A stretch of DNA of 64,000 bases, taken from Diadema antillarum (Eukaryota). The position numbers and the translations under genes are program-made. Shown in pieces: positions 62,944-64,000 of the stretch. The first letter of the stretch is position 1. The number at the start of each line of letters is the position of its first letter. Below the pieces are notes generated by a model. It saw nothing but the letters and a program-made list of their open reading frames with translations. It was not told the origin of the DNA and did no database searches. The stretch is from assembly GCF_040938485.1 (NCBI RefSeq), contig NW_027271288.1, positions 1,116,001 through 1,180,000 on the forward strand. Reading direction: 5' to 3'.

Positions 62944-63211
62944 CATATAGATATTTGGTCAAGGTTTGCAGACATGGCTGCACAAGAAAAAAAAAAGTAA
63001 CCCATTAAAAACACTTTAAGCATTCCCTCCAGCATTTATTCCACCATTCTGGTCCTCACCCAGAATGATATCACCACCTTTAATCAACGTCTTCCACACG
63101 AGAAACACATTAGTACAGGAAGTACCAATCTTCCCTCATGCATACAACTCACTGGCATAGACACGTGAGACTGAGGAAGCTAAGCTTGATACAGGGCAAT
63201 GTAAATACTAG

Positions 63212-63585
63212 AGGGATCGCATAGTTTTGGTTGAGACCTAACTTTAGGTTTGTAACTTTTTTTTTTTTTTTTGGTGAGATAATGAGAAACTTCTTTTGAA
63301 ATATGAAAGAGCATGTAAATCCAAGCGAGATTCGACATTTATTTGATGAAAATTGGTTCAAATATGGCTGAGATATCGAAAACTGAGTAATGCTAATAAA
63401 TGGTGGGACCTACCTTTTATTAGGATCTCTTTGTTTTTGTTTTGAATATCTCAGCCATTGTAAAACCGATTTTCATATATATCAACTTTTCCTCTTCAAT
63501 AGAAAGGTATATTCTGTATAATCTTATCAGTAGTTTCTTGGTATCTCGCAAACAGTTAAAAGCCCAATGCCAATACTATACCAAT
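63212..63585 (+). mobile_element. Kolobok-like MITE, third copy
   Basis: AGGGATCGCATAGTTTTGGTTGAGACCTAA start, collinear with 43664-44043; right end degenerate. Confidence 0.7.
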
Positions 63586-63937
63586 GGCTCATTGCCCCGT
63601 TATACCAGCACTGGCTCACAGAACTAGACATTGTAAAGGAGATCACCCTAAAATAATAATTATAACTAATAATAGTAATAATGATAACAATTATGATATC
63701 AATAATGATGATAATAATAATAATAATTGGGGAAACTTGCCCTTGATAGATATTTTCAGAAAGATATCTTTGTGGAAACTTCTCTGCCTTCATGTGATAT
63801 CCATGAGACTCACGTGGATGCTGATAAGGAGATTACTAGTCTAGAGCAGCCAGATTTCTCCCTAATCATTCTGATCAAACAGTATAAAGATTACAGGCAA
63901 GTCTCTCACTAAGGTTGTGTAAAGAAGCACACTCACC

Positions 63938-63995
<58 letters not shown>

Positions 63996-64000
63996 ATTTA

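Noticed and set aside
63814-63870. Candidate upstream TMEM106 exon ending in phase 2 (MIREKSGCSRLVISLSAST)
   Set aside because: The splice sites are plausible, but there is no similarity to the expected LIPxxDxRLxPRRT exon.
924-63912. The roughly 200 other short ORFs in the six-frame track
   Set aside because: They are 60-150 aa, low-complexity or inside repeats and microsatellites, with no recognisable domains. Only 36780-37601 and those overlapping called exons or the CR1 fragment are informative.

Overview
AT-rich, intron-rich eukaryotic genomic DNA. The repeat families and long G/C homopolymers suggest an invertebrate deuterostome, probably a sea urchin or other echinoderm (inference). 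Three protein-coding genes were reconstructed by hand from splice sites and reading-frame phase. (1) PTTG1IP/PBF-like, minus strand, 7 coding exons from 23667 to about 7204, 173 aa; the last exon is uncertain. (2) PHOSPHO2/PHOSPHO1-family HAD phosphatase, plus strand, single coding exon 36831-37601. (3) A divergent TMEM106-family gene, minus strand, 5 exons from 60999 to 54459; its 5' exons were not found. The rest is dense in transposon relics: Tc1/mariner-, Harbinger-, Kolobok- and piggyBac-type MITEs, three Helentron/DINE-like families (two with internal tandem arrays), I-like and CR1 LINE fragments, tRNA-derived SINEs, a foldback element and microsatellites. The most notable observations are an intact-looking minimal type I hammerhead ribozyme (minus, 28598-28636) in a Penelope/retrozyme-like segment, a strong excess of the palindrome TACATGTA, a transposon-borne array of DR1 (AGGTCA-A-AGGTCA) sites, several candidate alternative terminal exons for PTTG1IP, and a 62-bp duplicate that ends exactly at a splice donor. 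All calls are by eye; no database searches or folding programs were run.
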